Shown here: piece by piece, positions 41,258 through 52,731 of the stretch
Layout of the letters: each line of letters starts with the position of its first letter
Position numbering within the stretch: position 1 is the stretch's first letter
The notes under the pieces: generated by a model
What the model was told of the DNA's origin: nothing
Seen by the model: the letters and a program-made list of their open reading frames with translations, nothing else
Database searches by the model: none
Made by a program: the position numbers and the translations under genes
Assembly (NCBI GenBank): GCA_965224195.1
Contig: OZ245040.1
Coordinates: 1,600,001-1,664,000 of the forward strand
Origin: Nitrosopumilus sp.
Lineage (GTDB): Archaea > Thermoproteota > Nitrososphaeria > Nitrososphaerales > Nitrosopumilaceae
Direction: 5' to 3'
DNA length: 64,000 nt

Positions 41258-42278
41258 AATCATCTAACGAATTTTCAAGTAATGGCTGTGCACTAATTCC
41301 TCTTTTCCGCAAGTCTTCTGCAAACTCATCTACAAATCCATGTATTGTGTATACTTGTTCAGCCCCAGATTGTACAACCATATCAATTAACTCTGTGTAA
41401 TCACAATGATCACTCATTGGAAATGAATAATCAGTTCGCCTCCCAAAAGAATACTTCATTGATTGTGCCCATCCACTAAATCCAATTGTTACTGCACCAT
41501 ATTTTAATTTCATATCTTGAACAAATTTATTTTTACTGGACATCATTGGTGCAACCATAACCCAAGGCTTTTTTTCAAGTAAACCATTTTTTTCAGCCTC
41601 AGTATGTCCAATTCCATCATTTAGAGATACCCCAAATTTTTGATGTAATGTATTCATGTCTTTAACAGAATCATGAAGATATAATGGACCCCAGTGGCCA
41701 AAAAACTGTGTGATGGTTTGGGCTTTGCCTAATTGATAGCCCATTAAAATTACAGGGACACCCTTTCCATAAAGTTCAGAAATTAGTTCATTTACTTGTT
41801 TTAGAATATTCTCAAGTTTTGGAAAAACAAATTCAGGTAGACCAAATGTGCATTCAGTGATTAGAGTTTTACACTTTGGGATTTTAGCACCCTTTAGAAA
41901 TCCACGATCTCTAGTACAAACATCTCCAGTGTAAAAAATATCATCAAAAAGCAATCCTTTGGCACCTAAAATATGGCCACTATCAATTAGAGAGAAATCA
42001 TCAAGAGAATCAACGTGATTTTCCATCTTAAATCCTCGAATATTAGCTATTTCATTAGTCTCAATAGAGGATAGAATAGTTCCTCCATTTTTTGAAGGGA
42101 GATGATCAGAATGTGCATGAGATACAAAATTTATTCCATTTATATCACTATTTTTTGGATCTAAGAAAACTCGTTTATCATCAACCTCACACAGGATTCC
42201 ATTTTTTGTCATCCTGACTTTACTAGGCAATGAAAACAAAATTGGATAGATTTGATATAAATTGCAGGTTTGATCCAC
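41250..42278 (-). CDS. MBL-fold (beta-CASP-like) nuclease
   Basis: SHAHSDH, SGHILG, YTGD, ITECTFG, SDHCD, TIHG. Confidence 0.9.
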   Translation of the reverse strand: MDQTCNLYQIYPILFSLPSKVRMTKNGILCEVDDKRVFLDPKNSDINGINFVSHAHSDHLPSKNGGTILSSIETNEIANIRGFKMENHVDSLDDFSLIDSGHILGAKGLLFDDIFYTGDVCTRDRGFLKGAKIPKCKTLITECTFGLPEFVFPKLENILKQVNELISELYGKGVPVILMGYQLGKAQTITQFFGHWGPLYLHDSVKDMNTLHQKFGVSLNDGIGHTEAEKNGLLEKKPWVMVAPMMSSKNKFVQDMKLKYGAVTIGFSGWAQSMKYSFGRRTDYSFPMSDHCDYTELIDMVVQSGAEQVYTIHGFVDEFAEDLRKRGISAQPLLENSLDDFT

Positions 42279-42288
42279 TATTGACTAG

Positions 42289-42906
42289 TTGCTAAATCTA
42301 GGAATTCTAATCTCAGGTCGTGGGAGTAACATGGAATCCATCCTAAAGGCAATTAAGGAAAAAAAGATTCCAATCAATCCAGCAATAGTAATTTCTAACA
42401 AACATGATGCTAAAGGTCTAAAAACTGCAGAAAAATTGGGAGTAAAAATTGAAATTGTTGAAAGCAAAGGATTCAAAGGAACTAGAGCAAAATATGATAA
42501 AGAGATTATCGCCATCCTTACAAAATATGGAGTCACACAAAAAAATGGACTTGTATGTCTTGCAGGATTTATGAGAATTATCAGTCCAGAATTTGTAAAA
42601 AAATACAAAAATAGAATTATCAACATTCATCCAGCCTTACTTCCAGCATTTCCAGGATTAGATTCACAAAAACAAGCACTAGAATATGGAGCCAAAGTAT
42701 CCGGATGCTCAGTTCATTTTGTAGATTCAGGAATGGATACAGGCCCAGTAATTATTCAAGCAGTAGTTAAAATTAATGAAAAAGATACTGAAGAAACATT
42801 ATCAAAAAGAATTCTAAAAGAAGAACATAGAATCTATCCCGAAGCAGTTAATCTTTTTGCTAGAAAAAAGATCAAAATTTCAGGCAGAAGAACTATAATT
42901 AGTTAA
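42289..42906 (+). CDS. purN: Phosphoribosylglycinamide formyltransferase
   Basis: ISGRGSNM, LAGFMRII, INIHPALLPAFPG, DTGPVI. Confidence 0.97.
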   Translation: MLNLGILISGRGSNMESILKAIKEKKIPINPAIVISNKHDAKGLKTAEKLGVKIEIVESKGFKGTRAKYDKEIIAILTKYGVTQKNGLVCLAGFMRIISPEFVKKYKNRIINIHPALLPAFPGLDSQKQALEYGAKVSGCSVHFVDSGMDTGPVIIQAVVKINEKDTEETLSKRILKEEHRIYPEAVNLFARKKIKISGRRTIIS

Positions 42907-43223
42907 GAATCAGGACCGCCAAAAAAATACAAAACCTTGAGTTCCTTTGTATTTCCATGAAAGCAATGCTCAACATCTTTGGCCACAAAAAATAATTTGT
43001 CCTTAGAGACCTTGTAATCCTTGTCTTTAATTTTTAGAAAGCCATTTCCTGAAATAACATAGTATACCTCATCACTATCATGTGGTGTTTGAGTGTCTTC
43101 TTCACCAGGTTTCAATACTAGAACTCCTGCGGCTAAACTATCTTTATTGATAAAAGTCTGAAAGTATGAAGTATTATTTTTTATTTTTTCTAGATACGTG
43201 TCTAAATCATACTCTAGTTTCAA
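42903..43223 (-). CDS. Cupin-domain protein
   Basis: QTPHDSDEVYYVISGNG..VEHCFH. Confidence 0.9.
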   Translation of the reverse strand: MKLEYDLDTYLEKIKNNTSYFQTFINKDSLAAGVLVLKPGEEDTQTPHDSDEVYYVISGNGFLKIKDKDYKVSKDKLFFVAKDVEHCFHGNTKELKVLYFFGGPDS

Positions 43224-43225
43224 TT

Positions 43226-43558
43226 TTATTCAGCAGCTACTTCGTATGTTTTTCTCTGAGGATCAGCACTCATGAATGAATGCCCAGCAGGGTGAACTTT
43301 TTCATGTTCAGGGCTTTGATGCATTTTGATAAAAGTCTCTTTACTTTCATGCTCTACAAGAATCCTATAGGTGCCATCAGACGATTTTAAGAATTTTCTT
43401 GAGATAAATCCAGGAAAATTACATAATGCCTTGTTTGATTCGGCAAACCAACTTTTGAAATCATCTTCAGCGCCATCCTTGAGTTGAATATCTGCAATCA
43501 TTACAAACATGGTATGACTAGGAAAATGACCATTTAATTTCTTTTCTAAGACTTTCAT
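43226..43558 (-). CDS. Antibiotic-biosynthesis-monooxygenase (ABM) family protein; likely start at MFVMI
   Basis: FPGFISRKFL..ESKETFIKMHQSPEH. Confidence 0.8.
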   Translation of the reverse strand: MKVLEKKLNGHFPSHTMFVMIADIQLKDGAEDDFKSWFAESNKALCNFPGFISRKFLKSSDGTYRILVEHESKETFIKMHQSPEHEKVHPAGHSFMSADPQRKTYEVAAE

Positions 43559-43603
43559 CTTGGAATTCTAAGGATTAAATATCTACAAATCAAAAAACTG
43601 TTC

Positions 43604-44464
43604 ATGGTAGGCATTAGAATAGACGGTAAAATCATTGCCCAATCAGTCAAGGATAGAGTCAAAAAAGCAGCTGAAGAGTTGAAAAATCAAGGTATTTCAC
43701 CTTGTTTAGCCACAGTCTTGATTGGAGATAGTCCAGCTTCTGCCACATACGTTAAAAACAAGCACATAGCATGTGAAGAAGTAGGAATTACTACAAAAGA
43801 TCATAAACTTGATGCCAACATTACTCAATCAGAATTAACCAAAATTATCGATGAATTAAATGCAGACAAATCAGTTCACGGCATTTTAGTTCAACTTCCA
43901 TTACCAAAACAACTAGATGAATTTGCAACAATGTCAAGAATTTCACCAATAAAAGATGTGGATGGATTAACACCACATAATTCAGGTTTGCTTGCTATGA
44001 AAAAAGCTGTACTAGTTGCATGCACACCATCAGGAGTAATGGAAATGTTTGATTATCACGGAATTGATTTAGAAGGAAAAAATGCTGTCTTGATCAATAG
44101 AAGTAATTTGGTAGGAAAGCCATTGTATCATTTGCTATTAGAAAAAAATGCCACAGTTTTGACATGTCACTCTAAAACTAAAAATTTAACAGAGTTGTGT
44201 CAAGCAGCAGATATCATCATTACGGCGGTGGGAGACAGAAACAAATTCACATTAACTTCAGATATGATTAAAGAAGGAGCAATAGTAATTGATGTTGCAA
44301 TATCAAGATTTCAAGAAAAATTAGTAGGAGATTCAGATTATGACGAAATAATTCAAAAAGCATCATTTGCAACGCCAGTTCCAGGAGGGGTTGGACCCAT
44401 GACAGTTGCAATGCTATTGAAAAACACAATCACATCAGCATCATTGAGTAGTCAAATTGGATAA
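43604..44464 (+). CDS. folD: Methylenetetrahydrofolate dehydrogenase/cyclohydrolase
   Basis: YVKNK, GILVQLPLP, KDVDGL, CTP, TPVPGGVGPMT. Confidence 0.97.
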   Translation: MVGIRIDGKIIAQSVKDRVKKAAEELKNQGISPCLATVLIGDSPASATYVKNKHIACEEVGITTKDHKLDANITQSELTKIIDELNADKSVHGILVQLPLPKQLDEFATMSRISPIKDVDGLTPHNSGLLAMKKAVLVACTPSGVMEMFDYHGIDLEGKNAVLINRSNLVGKPLYHLLLEKNATVLTCHSKTKNLTELCQAADIIITAVGDRNKFTLTSDMIKEGAIVIDVAISRFQEKLVGDSDYDEIIQKASFATPVPGGVGPMTVAMLLKNTITSASLSSQIG

Positions 44465-45019
44465 AAACTCAGAAAAAGAATCATTACGAAATCGTCTTTT
44501 GGAAACAAGAGACAATACATCTTTTGATTTATTAAAAATTGCAAGTGGAAATATTCAGAAAAAATTAAAAAAAATCTATGCCTTCAAAAATGCTCAGAAA
44601 ATTGGAGCATATTACCCAATAGGGAGCGAAATTTTTACTCAAAACATAATCCAAGAGTTGATCAGTCAAGGAAAAGAGGTGTTTTTGCCCAAAGTTATTG
44701 GAGAAACCATGGAATTTAGAAAAATAATTGATTTTTCAAGCCTAGAACAGGGCAGTTTTGACATTATGGAACCAAAGAAAATTGTCCAGTAGAGAACAAT
44801 CTAGATGTCATTTTAGTGCCAACAGTAGGAATAGATCTTAGTGGGGTTAGATTAGGCTATGGTTATGGATTTTATGACAAATATTTGGCAGAAAATAAAA
44901 CTATAACAATTTCTCTCACATTAGAAAAACAGATCATCAAAAAAATTCCAAAATCAGATCACGATATCTTAATTGATTGGATTCTTACTGAAGATCAAAT
45001 GATACAAACTCAAAGATAA
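44457..45019 (+). pseudogene. 5-formyltetrahydrofolate cyclo-ligase split by a 1-bp deletion near 44775 (real or sequencing error)
   Basis: YYPIGSE..LPKV..FDIMEP / DVILVPTVGID..RLGYGYGFYDKYL..HD. Confidence 0.85.
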
Positions 45020-46276
45020 GAAAAACCTTTTTGACCAATATCCTTGCGGTTAAATTTCTGAGACCACGTAATCTTTTCAGTTGCAGCATATGCATTTTTA
45101 ATTGCAGATTCTAATGTATCACCTAATGCAGTTATTCCCAATACACGTCCACCATTTGAAAGAATCTTTTCTCCAGATTGTTTTGTTCCAGCATGAAAAA
45201 CAATTGCCCCTTTAGGGACAGAATCAAACCCAGTTATTTCATCATCTTTTGAACAATCCTCCGGATATCCCTTTGATACCAAAACAACACATACTGCAAA
45301 TTGTGATTTCCAAGTAGGAGAAGGTAAAGAGGACAGCATACCATCAACACTTGCTACAAAATAATCATACAAATCAAAATCCATCCTCATAGTAATTGGC
45401 TGGCATTCAGGATCACCCATTCGAACATTGTATTCTAAAACAAAAGGTTTACCATCTCGAATCATAATTCCCGCATACAAAAAGCCCTTGAACAAAATTC
45501 CTTCCTTTTTCATTGCATGGATGGTTTTTTCAATAACTTGTTCTTGAATTATTTTTGCCAAACTATCATCAACTATAGGAGTAGGAGAATACGCGCCCAT
45601 TCCGCCAGTATTTGGGCCCTCATCATTATCAAAAATTCTCTTATGATCTTGGCTTGAAGCCATAGGAATAGCAACATCCCCCATCAGAAAGGGCAATGTA
45701 TGAGGCTTCAATTCCATCAATTCTCTCCTCAATGATAATTCTATTTCCAGCATCACCAAATGTCTTATTTACCAAAATGGTCTGAATTGCAGAAATTGCC
45801 TCATCATTACTGTTACAGACAATTACACCTTTTCCTGCTGCCAAACCATCTGCCTTGACAACTACATTGTAATCAAGTGATTTCACATATTCTTGAGCCT
45901 GCTGAGCATCATCAAATATTTCAAATCTAGCAGTAGGTATTTCATTTCGTTTCATAAAGTCTTTGGCCCAAATCTTACTTGATTCAAGTTGAGCAGCTTG
46001 TTGGGATGGTCCAAATACTTTGAGACCTAGTTTGTTAAATTTATCAACAATTCCAGCAGCTAGAGGGTCTTCAGGACCAACTACGGTAAAACAATTATTT
46101 TTTTGAGCAAAATCTGCCAACCCATCTAAATCATCTACACTAATTGGAACATTATTTTCTGTTCCCCCATTTCCAGGAGCGATGAAAACAGTTTCAACTT
46201 TACTGCTTTGAGATAACCTCCAGGATAAGGAATGTTCTCGTCCACCAGAACCAATTACTAAGATATTTACCAACAA
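45010..46276 (-). pseudogene. purD: Phosphoribosylamine-glycine ligase split by an extra G at 45678-45682 (real or sequencing error)
   Basis: GSGGREH, KADGLAAGKGV / QDHKR, GPNTGGMGAYSP, EYNVRMGDPE, GGRVL. Confidence 0.9.
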
Positions 46277-46359
46277 AAATTATCTGCTTCCCAATTATAT
46301 AATCCAATTCTCAACAAATCAATTTAGCTTTATAATGCCACAAACATTCCAAAATTTAG

Positions 46360-49300
46360 ATGGAACTTTCCCCAAAATTTGATGCCAAAGCAATAGAATC
46401 TGAAATTAGAAAGTACATCAAATCCATTGATTTAGAGAAACAGATTTTTGCATCAGACAAGCCTGAAAAAATCCGATTTATCGAGGGTCCACCCACTATG
46501 AATGGAATCCCACATGCAGGACATCTCAGAGGTAGAGTAATCAAGGATTTGTGGTATCGATTCAATACACTACAAGGGAAAAAGATTGAATTCAATGGCG
46601 GATGGGACACGCAAGGGCTTCCAGTTGAATTACAAGTTGAAAAAGAATTAGGAGTTACGGGAGGAAAAAGTGAGGCCATCAAAGAATTTGGAGTTGAAAG
46701 AATTGTTTCTGAATGTAAAAAAGTTGTAGAAAAATTCAACAAAACATGGGTTGATGTTGATGAGCAACTTGGAATGTCATTTAATCATGAAAAAGCATAT
46801 TGGACATTTAGAGATGAGTTTATCGAAAGAGAATGGCAGGTTCTCAAAAAAGCATATGAAAATAAAATTTTAGAAGAAGACTTTACTGTAATTGCGTATT
46901 GTCCAAGTTGTCAAACATCACTTAGCCATGCAGAAGTAAATCAAGGATATGAAGAAGTCAAAGACCCATCATTATACTACAAAGTCAAACTAGTAGATGA
47001 GGATGCATTTTTGATAGTATGGACTACAATGCCATTCACCCTTGTAACTGATGCCATGGTAGGATTACAACCTAAAGAAGACTATGCATATGTCAAAGTA
47101 GAAAATGAAACTTGGGTAGTTGGAAAAACAAGATTAAAAGAATTCATGGCAGAGGTAAAAATTGAAGAATATATAATTGAGAAAACTGCAAAAGGATCAG
47201 AATTTGAAGGAAAAAAATACATCCATCCACTATTAGATTTGATTCCAGAATTAAAAAAAATTTCAAAACTAGGTAACTATCATGTGGCAGTATCAGAATC
47301 ATTTGTAGATGCAAGTACTGGAAGCGGTCTGGTCCATTTGTCACCTGCAAATGGTGAGGAAGACATCAAGATTGCAAACAAACGCAAAGTCAAAATTTTC
47401 AGCCCCATTAATGATGAGGTAAAATTTACTGAAAAAGCAGGAAAATACCAAGGAATGTTTGTCAGAGATGCAGACAGACCAATTGTTGAGGATCTAAAAG
47501 AGTGCAATGCACTTGTAAAAATTGGTAAAATTAAACACAAGTATCCACTTTGCTGGAGATCACACCATCCAATTGTTTGGCTTGCCAGAAGAGGATGGTT
47601 TTACAAATTAGATAGATTAGATAACAAAGCAATTGATGCTGCAGAAAGTGTAGAGTATTTTTATGAGCAACCAAAAAACAGATTTCTTGGAATTATCAAA
47701 GAAAGACACCCTTGGTGTATCTCTCGAGAAAGGATTTGGGGTTGTCCTCTACCAGTTTGGAATTGTGAAGATTGTGGTGAGAAAAATTGGTTCTTCGCTA
47801 GAAAAGATATTGTAGATTCTGCAGACAAACTGCCAGACGGTCCTAACTTTGAATTGCACAGACCGTGGATTGACAACATTACAATAAAATGTAAAAAATG
47901 TAATGGTGTTAATACAAAAAGAGAAGAATATGTTTTAGACACTTGGCACAACAGTGGCTCTGCACCATATGCGTCACTAACTGATGAAGAATATGCTAAT
48001 GATATTCCTGCACCATTTTTCACAGAAGGTATTGACCAAACTAGGGGTTGGGCATACACACTACTAATTGAAAATGTAATTTTAAACAGTACGGCAACTC
48101 CACCTTACAAAGCATTCTTGTTTCAAGGACATGTGTTAGACGAGAAAGGAGGGAAGATGAGTAAAAGTAAAAGCAATGTTCTAGAAGGAGCAGAACTGCT
48201 TGAAAAATATCCAGTGGACTTGATTAGATTCTATTTCATGTGGAAAGCAAGTCCAATTGAGCCACTAAGTTTTAGCACAGATGAATTAATGTCAAGACCA
48301 TATCAGGTAATTAGCACATTATTCAATTTACACCTGTACTTTCAGCAAAATAGTCAATACGACAATTTTGACAAATCAAACTCTGTAGAATGGGCAAAGC
48401 AAAATGACTTGCTTACATCTCCAGATATCTGGCTATTATCTAAGCTCCAAAAGCTAATTCAGACTCTTACTGAGAAAAATGAATCATGTAAATTTCACGA
48501 AGGGGCAAAGGCAATTGATGATTTTATAATTAACAATCTTAGTCAAATTTACATCCCAATTACCAGAGGAGAGTTATGGGATGAGGCCGATGAAAAGAAA
48601 AATAGAAGATTGTCAATCTATGCAGTTCTAAGTGAAGTTCTTAAGACATTGGACATTCTGATTCATCCATTTTGTCCATTTACAAGTGAACATCTCTATC
48701 AATCAATATTTCCAGAAAAACAAAGCATTCTACTTGACAAATGGCCAACATATCAAGAAGGTTTAGTCAGTGAAGAAATTGAAGAATCATTTGATATTAT
48801 GAAAGATGTTGTATCAATTTCTTCAGCTGCCAGAATGAAAGGAAAGCTGAAAAGAAGATGGCCATTAAATGAGGCTCAGATTTGTGTAAAGAAAGGCCAG
48901 AAAAATAAACTTGAATCATTGTCTGAGCTGTTACAGTCTCAACTAAATGTTGAGAAATTTACAATTACTGAAACGGAAAAAGAATCAGGGCTGGAACAAA
49001 TTTTAGAGTTAAAACAATTGGGATTGCCAGTCAAAGGAGTAGTTGAATTAGAAAGAAAACGAATCGGACCTAAAGCAAAGCAACACATGGGAAAACTTGT
49101 CTCTACATTTAATGAAACAAATCCGGATGAAATAATTTCATCATTAGAGAAAAATTCAAAATATGACTTCAATATTGATGGGCAAACCGTCTCACTAGAC
49201 AATGAAGACTTTGTGATAGACTTTGATGCAAGTGAAAATTTTGCAGCTGCAAAAAGAAAAAACTATACTGTAATAATTTCTACATCCAGAAACAAAGAGT

Positions 49301-49557
49301 TGATGGCAAAGGGGTTGGCAAAAGACATTGCAAGAAGACTTCAAACACTTAGAAAAGAGAGGGGATACACGCCAACTGATGTTTTAGATGTCGCATCAAT
49401 TTTAGAGTTAGATGAGGAATCCCTTGAAATGATGAAAGAGAAAGCCGAAGAGCTAGCATTTTTAGTCAGAGTAAAAAAAGTCAACTTTACAGAATCTTGT
49501 AAGGAATACAAAGAAGATGACATTGATGGTCAAAAAATCAAAATTTCAGTAGAATAG
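46360..49557 (+). CDS. ileS: Isoleucine-tRNA ligase
   Basis: EGPPTMNGIPHAGH, GWDTQGLPVE, WTTMPFTL, EGIDQTRGW, KMSKS. Confidence 0.97.
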   Translation: MELSPKFDAKAIESEIRKYIKSIDLEKQIFASDKPEKIRFIEGPPTMNGIPHAGHLRGRVIKDLWYRFNTLQGKKIEFNGGWDTQGLPVELQVEKELGVTGGKSEAIKEFGVERIVSECKKVVEKFNKTWVDVDEQLGMSFNHEKAYWTFRDEFIEREWQVLKKAYENKILEEDFTVIAYCPSCQTSLSHAEVNQGYEEVKDPSLYYKVKLVDEDAFLIVWTTMPFTLVTDAMVGLQPKEDYAYVKVENETWVVGKTRLKEFMAEVKIEEYIIEKTAKGSEFEGKKYIHPLLDLIPELKKISKLGNYHVAVSESFVDASTGSGLVHLSPANGEEDIKIANKRKVKIFSPINDEVKFTEKAGKYQGMFVRDADRPIVEDLKECNALVKIGKIKHKYPLCWRSHHPIVWLARRGWFYKLDRLDNKAIDAAESVEYFYEQPKNRFLGIIKERHPWCISRERIWGCPLPVWNCEDCGEKNWFFARKDIVDSADKLPDGPNFELHRPWIDNITIKCKKCNGVNTKREEYVLDTWHNSGSAPYASLTDEEYANDIPAPFFTEGIDQTRGWAYTLLIENVILNSTATPPYKAFLFQGHVLDEKGGKMSKSKSNVLEGAELLEKYPVDLIRFYFMWKASPIEPLSFSTDELMSRPYQVISTLFNLHLYFQQNSQYDNFDKSNSVEWAKQNDLLTSPDIWLLSKLQKLIQTLTEKNESCKFHEGAKAIDDFIINNLSQIYIPITRGELWDEADEKKNRRLSIYAVLSEVLKTLDILIHPFCPFTSEHLYQSIFPEKQSILLDKWPTYQEGLVSEEIEESFDIMKDVVSISSAARMKGKLKRRWPLNEAQICVKKGQKNKLESLSELLQSQLNVEKFTITETEKESGLEQILELKQLGLPVKGVVELERKRIGPKAKQHMGKLVSTFNETNPDEIISSLEKNSKYDFNIDGQTVSLDNEDFVIDFDASENFAAAKRKNYTVIISTSRNKELMAKGLAKDIARRLQTLRKERGYTPTDVLDVASILELDEESLEMMKEKAEELAFLVRVKKVNFTESCKEYKEDDIDGQKIKISVE

Positions 49558-49609
49558 ATTTTGAAAATAAATGTAATATTTTTATTACATTCAGAAATTT
49601 TATAAGCAA

Positions 49610-50194
49610 ATGTCAGAATCAGCCCCAAACGTTGTTGGAATTAACGTTCTAAAACAAAACGGCCTAGATGTTGATGAATTGTTAAAGGAATTAATCAAAA
49701 ATGCAGCAGTAGAATTTACTGCATACTATTACTTTACCAATCTTAGAGCACATTGTACAGGCATGGAGGGAGAAGGATTGAAAGGAGTTATCGAAGATGC
49801 AAGATTAGAAGATCTTAGTCACTTTGAATCATGTCTTGAGAGAATCTATCAATTAGGTGGAACTCTTCCAAATGATGCAACAGAATTTATCAAAATTTCT
49901 GGCTGTGAATTCTTACAACTTCCAACAAATCCAACAGATCATAAAGCGATTCTAGAAAAATGTCTCAAAGCAGAACAGGGTGCAATAGTCAACTGGAATA
50001 AAATTTGCCAAATGACATTCGGGAAAGATCCTGTTACACACGATATTGCAAAAGATATCCTAGCTGAGGAGATCGAACATGAGTCTTGGTTCCTTGAGTT
50101 AATCTATGGACGACCATCAGGACACATGCGAAGAAAGTATGCAGGTGAGAGGCCACATACAAGAAAACATTCTAGAGCATTAGACATGGCCTAA
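49610..50194 (+). CDS. dps: Dps-like (DpsL) ferritin-superfamily protein
   Basis: EFTAYYY, EDARLEDLSHFE, ERIYQLGG, EEIEHESWF, PSGH. Confidence 0.85.
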   Translation: MSESAPNVVGINVLKQNGLDVDELLKELIKNAAVEFTAYYYFTNLRAHCTGMEGEGLKGVIEDARLEDLSHFESCLERIYQLGGTLPNDATEFIKISGCEFLQLPTNPTDHKAILEKCLKAEQGAIVNWNKICQMTFGKDPVTHDIAKDILAEEIEHESWFLELIYGRPSGHMRRKYAGERPHTRKHSRALDMA

Positions 50195-50308
50195 GTGCCA
50201 AATCATTTTCTTTATTTTAAATTTAAAATTAAAGTGATTTTATACACGACAAGTTGTGAAGATGCGTTGTTTTATCACGGTTAAATAGAAAAATCACGCA
50301 TTATTAGC

Positions 50309-50647
50309 ATGGTAAAACAGATTAGCCTTGATGCCTGGCAAATTCAGCACTTGTCAGATCTGTTAGAAAAAGGCTCAAACATTGTTACAAAAACAAACAG
50401 ACCAATTGTTTTGTACAGACAAACTCTTGAAGAAGAAGAAGAATCTTATGAAGAAATTGTATGTACACTTACCAAAGGATATGTAGTTGAGCAGATGGTA
50501 ACATCTGGAGGAATTTTGGTTCCAAGTTTTCACCAACAATTTGTATTTACCATTGAAGAATATCCTCAAGAACTATTACGAAAAAGTAAAGATCGCTTTT
50601 TAGAAATGATTGATTTTCTAGACGAACAATTGAAAATAGTATCATAG
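50309..50647 (+). CDS. Hypothetical protein
   Basis: 112-aa ORF in the core block with normal composition. Confidence 0.7.
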   Translation: MVKQISLDAWQIQHLSDLLEKGSNIVTKTNRPIVLYRQTLEEEEESYEEIVCTLTKGYVVEQMVTSGGILVPSFHQQFVFTIEEYPQELLRKSKDRFLEMIDFLDEQLKIVS

Positions 50648-50679
50648 TTAATAAATACCGTAAATTTCATGAGCTTTGC

Positions 50680-51786
50680 ATGCAATTACTTGAATTTCAG
50701 GCCAAGGAATTATTTCGAGAATATGGAATTAACTTACTTGATGGCATCTCATCTACCAATATCGAAGATGGACGCAAACATGCAAAAGAAATAGGATATC
50801 CATTTGTGATTAAAATTCAAGTGCCTGTTGGAGGCAGAGGAAAAGCAGGAGGCATTCAAAAATGTCAAAACGATGATGAATTTGAGCTAAAATATCCACA
50901 AGTAATGGACTTGACAATAAAAGGTGAAAAGGCAAGAGCAATTTTGCTTGAAAAAATGGCAGATATCAAGAAAGAATTGTACCTTTCAATATTCTTGAAT
51001 CGTTCAAAGAGATGCTATACAATTATTGCATCGGCTGAAGGTGGAGTTGAAATTGAATCAGTCAAAAGTCAAATTATTAAAGAAGTTGGATTAGGAGATG
51101 TTTCAGACGAACTAGCAAGAGAAGTTGCAAAAGAAATGGAACTAAAAGGAAGTACAGCAGAACAATTTATTGACACTTTAAAAAAATTATCAAAATTAAC
51201 AATTGAAAAAGAAGCAGAACTTGTAGAAATTAATCCGTTAGCAATTATGCAAGATGATTCAATCATGGCACTAGATGGGAAATTTGTTACAGATGACAAT
51301 AGTAATTTCAGACATCCAGAGTTACAACAATATCAGGAAAAAACAGCCATTGAAGAACAGGCTGAAAAAAATGGATTCTCTTTAGTTGAACTTGATGGAG
51401 ATATCGCAGTTGTTGGTAATGGTGCAGGATTAGTAATGTCAACATTAGACATGCTATCAGATAACGGTGGAAAACCGGCATGTTTCCTGGATGTTGGTGG
51501 CGGTGCAACAACTGAATCCGTATACGAAGCATTAACCCTAATCAGCCAATTACCAAGAGTGAAAGGAATTCTTGTAAATCTTTACGGAGGAATTGTAAAG
51601 ACTACTGTAGTTGCTGAAGCATTTCTCAAGGCATATGAAAATAATCTAATTGATTTACCAGTATTCTCAAGACTAAGGGGAACAGAATCAGAAAAAGCAA
51701 AAGAGATGCTTCAAGGCTCTAGAACCAACATATTTGATTCTGTAGAAGATGCAATAAATGCAGCAGTAATGGGGATTAAAAAATGA
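50680..51786 (+). CDS. sucC: Succinate-CoA ligase beta subunit
   Basis: LLEFQAKELF, GGRGKAGG, EINPL, NGAGLVMSTLD, FLDVGGG. Confidence 0.95.
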   Translation: MQLLEFQAKELFREYGINLLDGISSTNIEDGRKHAKEIGYPFVIKIQVPVGGRGKAGGIQKCQNDDEFELKYPQVMDLTIKGEKARAILLEKMADIKKELYLSIFLNRSKRCYTIIASAEGGVEIESVKSQIIKEVGLGDVSDELAREVAKEMELKGSTAEQFIDTLKKLSKLTIEKEAELVEINPLAIMQDDSIMALDGKFVTDDNSNFRHPELQQYQEKTAIEEQAEKNGFSLVELDGDIAVVGNGAGLVMSTLDMLSDNGGKPACFLDVGGGATTESVYEALTLISQLPRVKGILVNLYGGIVKTTVVAEAFLKAYENNLIDLPVFSRLRGTESEKAKEMLQGSRTNIFDSVEDAINAAVMGIKK

Positions 51787-52700
51787 CAGACGTCTTTGAA
51801 CTGCTAAAGGGAAAAACAGAAGATTCAGATTATGAGAACAAAGGAGTCATTGTTCAGGGAATCACTGGGGCATATGGCTCACTACATGCAAAACAAATGA
51901 TAGCATACGGAACCAACGTAGTTGCAGGTGTTACCCCAGGCAAAGGAGGTCAAAAATTTGAGGATAAAATTCCAATTTACAACACAATGCAGGAAGCAGC
52001 AGATGCAACTGGTGCAAAAATCTCAATTATCTTTGTTCCAGCAAAGTTCTTCCTAGGTGCTGCCAAAGATGCATTAAATGCAGGAATCAAATTGCTAGTT
52101 GCAATTCCAGAACACGTTCCAATTAGAGATACTATGGAAACACTGGATTTAGCAAAACAAAAAGGAGCAATAGTCATCGGACCAAACACGCCAGGAATAA
52201 TGATTCCAGAACTAATCAAAATAGGAATCATGCCGCCAATGCCATTCAAAGCAGGAAAAATTGCAGTACTGTCAAAAAGTGGAACATTGCTTTATGAAAT
52301 TTCTGATGCCCTTACAAATTCAGGATTTGGTCAATCAATCACCATTGGAATTGGAGGGGACCCAGTTAACGGAACAAGATTAATTGACGCATTTGAAATG
52401 GTAAAAGATATTCCAGATATGGAAGGCTTGGTGATAGTTGGAGAAATAGGAGGAGACTCTGAAGAAATTTTAGCTCAAAGAATTATTGACAGTGGATTTA
52501 GCAAACCAGCTGTTGCATACATTGCAGGAAGAGCGGCACCTAAAGAAAAGAGAATGGGTCATGCAGGTGCAATAGTTATGGGAAATTATGGATCAGCTGA
52601 ATCCAAAGTATCTATGTTTAACAAAGCAAACATTCCAGTAGCAAAAAGACCTGCAGAAGTACCAGTATTATTAGCAGGAAAGATGGAAAAATCCGATTAG
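51783..52700 (+). CDS. sucD: Succinate-CoA ligase alpha subunit
   Basis: VQGITG, GVTPGKGG, GPNTPG, SKSGTL, GIGGD, KRMGHAGA. Confidence 0.95.
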   Translation: MTDVFELLKGKTEDSDYENKGVIVQGITGAYGSLHAKQMIAYGTNVVAGVTPGKGGQKFEDKIPIYNTMQEAADATGAKISIIFVPAKFFLGAAKDALNAGIKLLVAIPEHVPIRDTMETLDLAKQKGAIVIGPNTPGIMIPELIKIGIMPPMPFKAGKIAVLSKSGTLLYEISDALTNSGFGQSITIGIGGDPVNGTRLIDAFEMVKDIPDMEGLVIVGEIGGDSEEILAQRIIDSGFSKPAVAYIAGRAAPKEKRMGHAGAIVMGNYGSAESKVSMFNKANIPVAKRPAEVPVLLAGKMEKSD

Positions 52701-52731
52701 AATAAAAGAGAGAGATAGAGGAGAAAATTAA

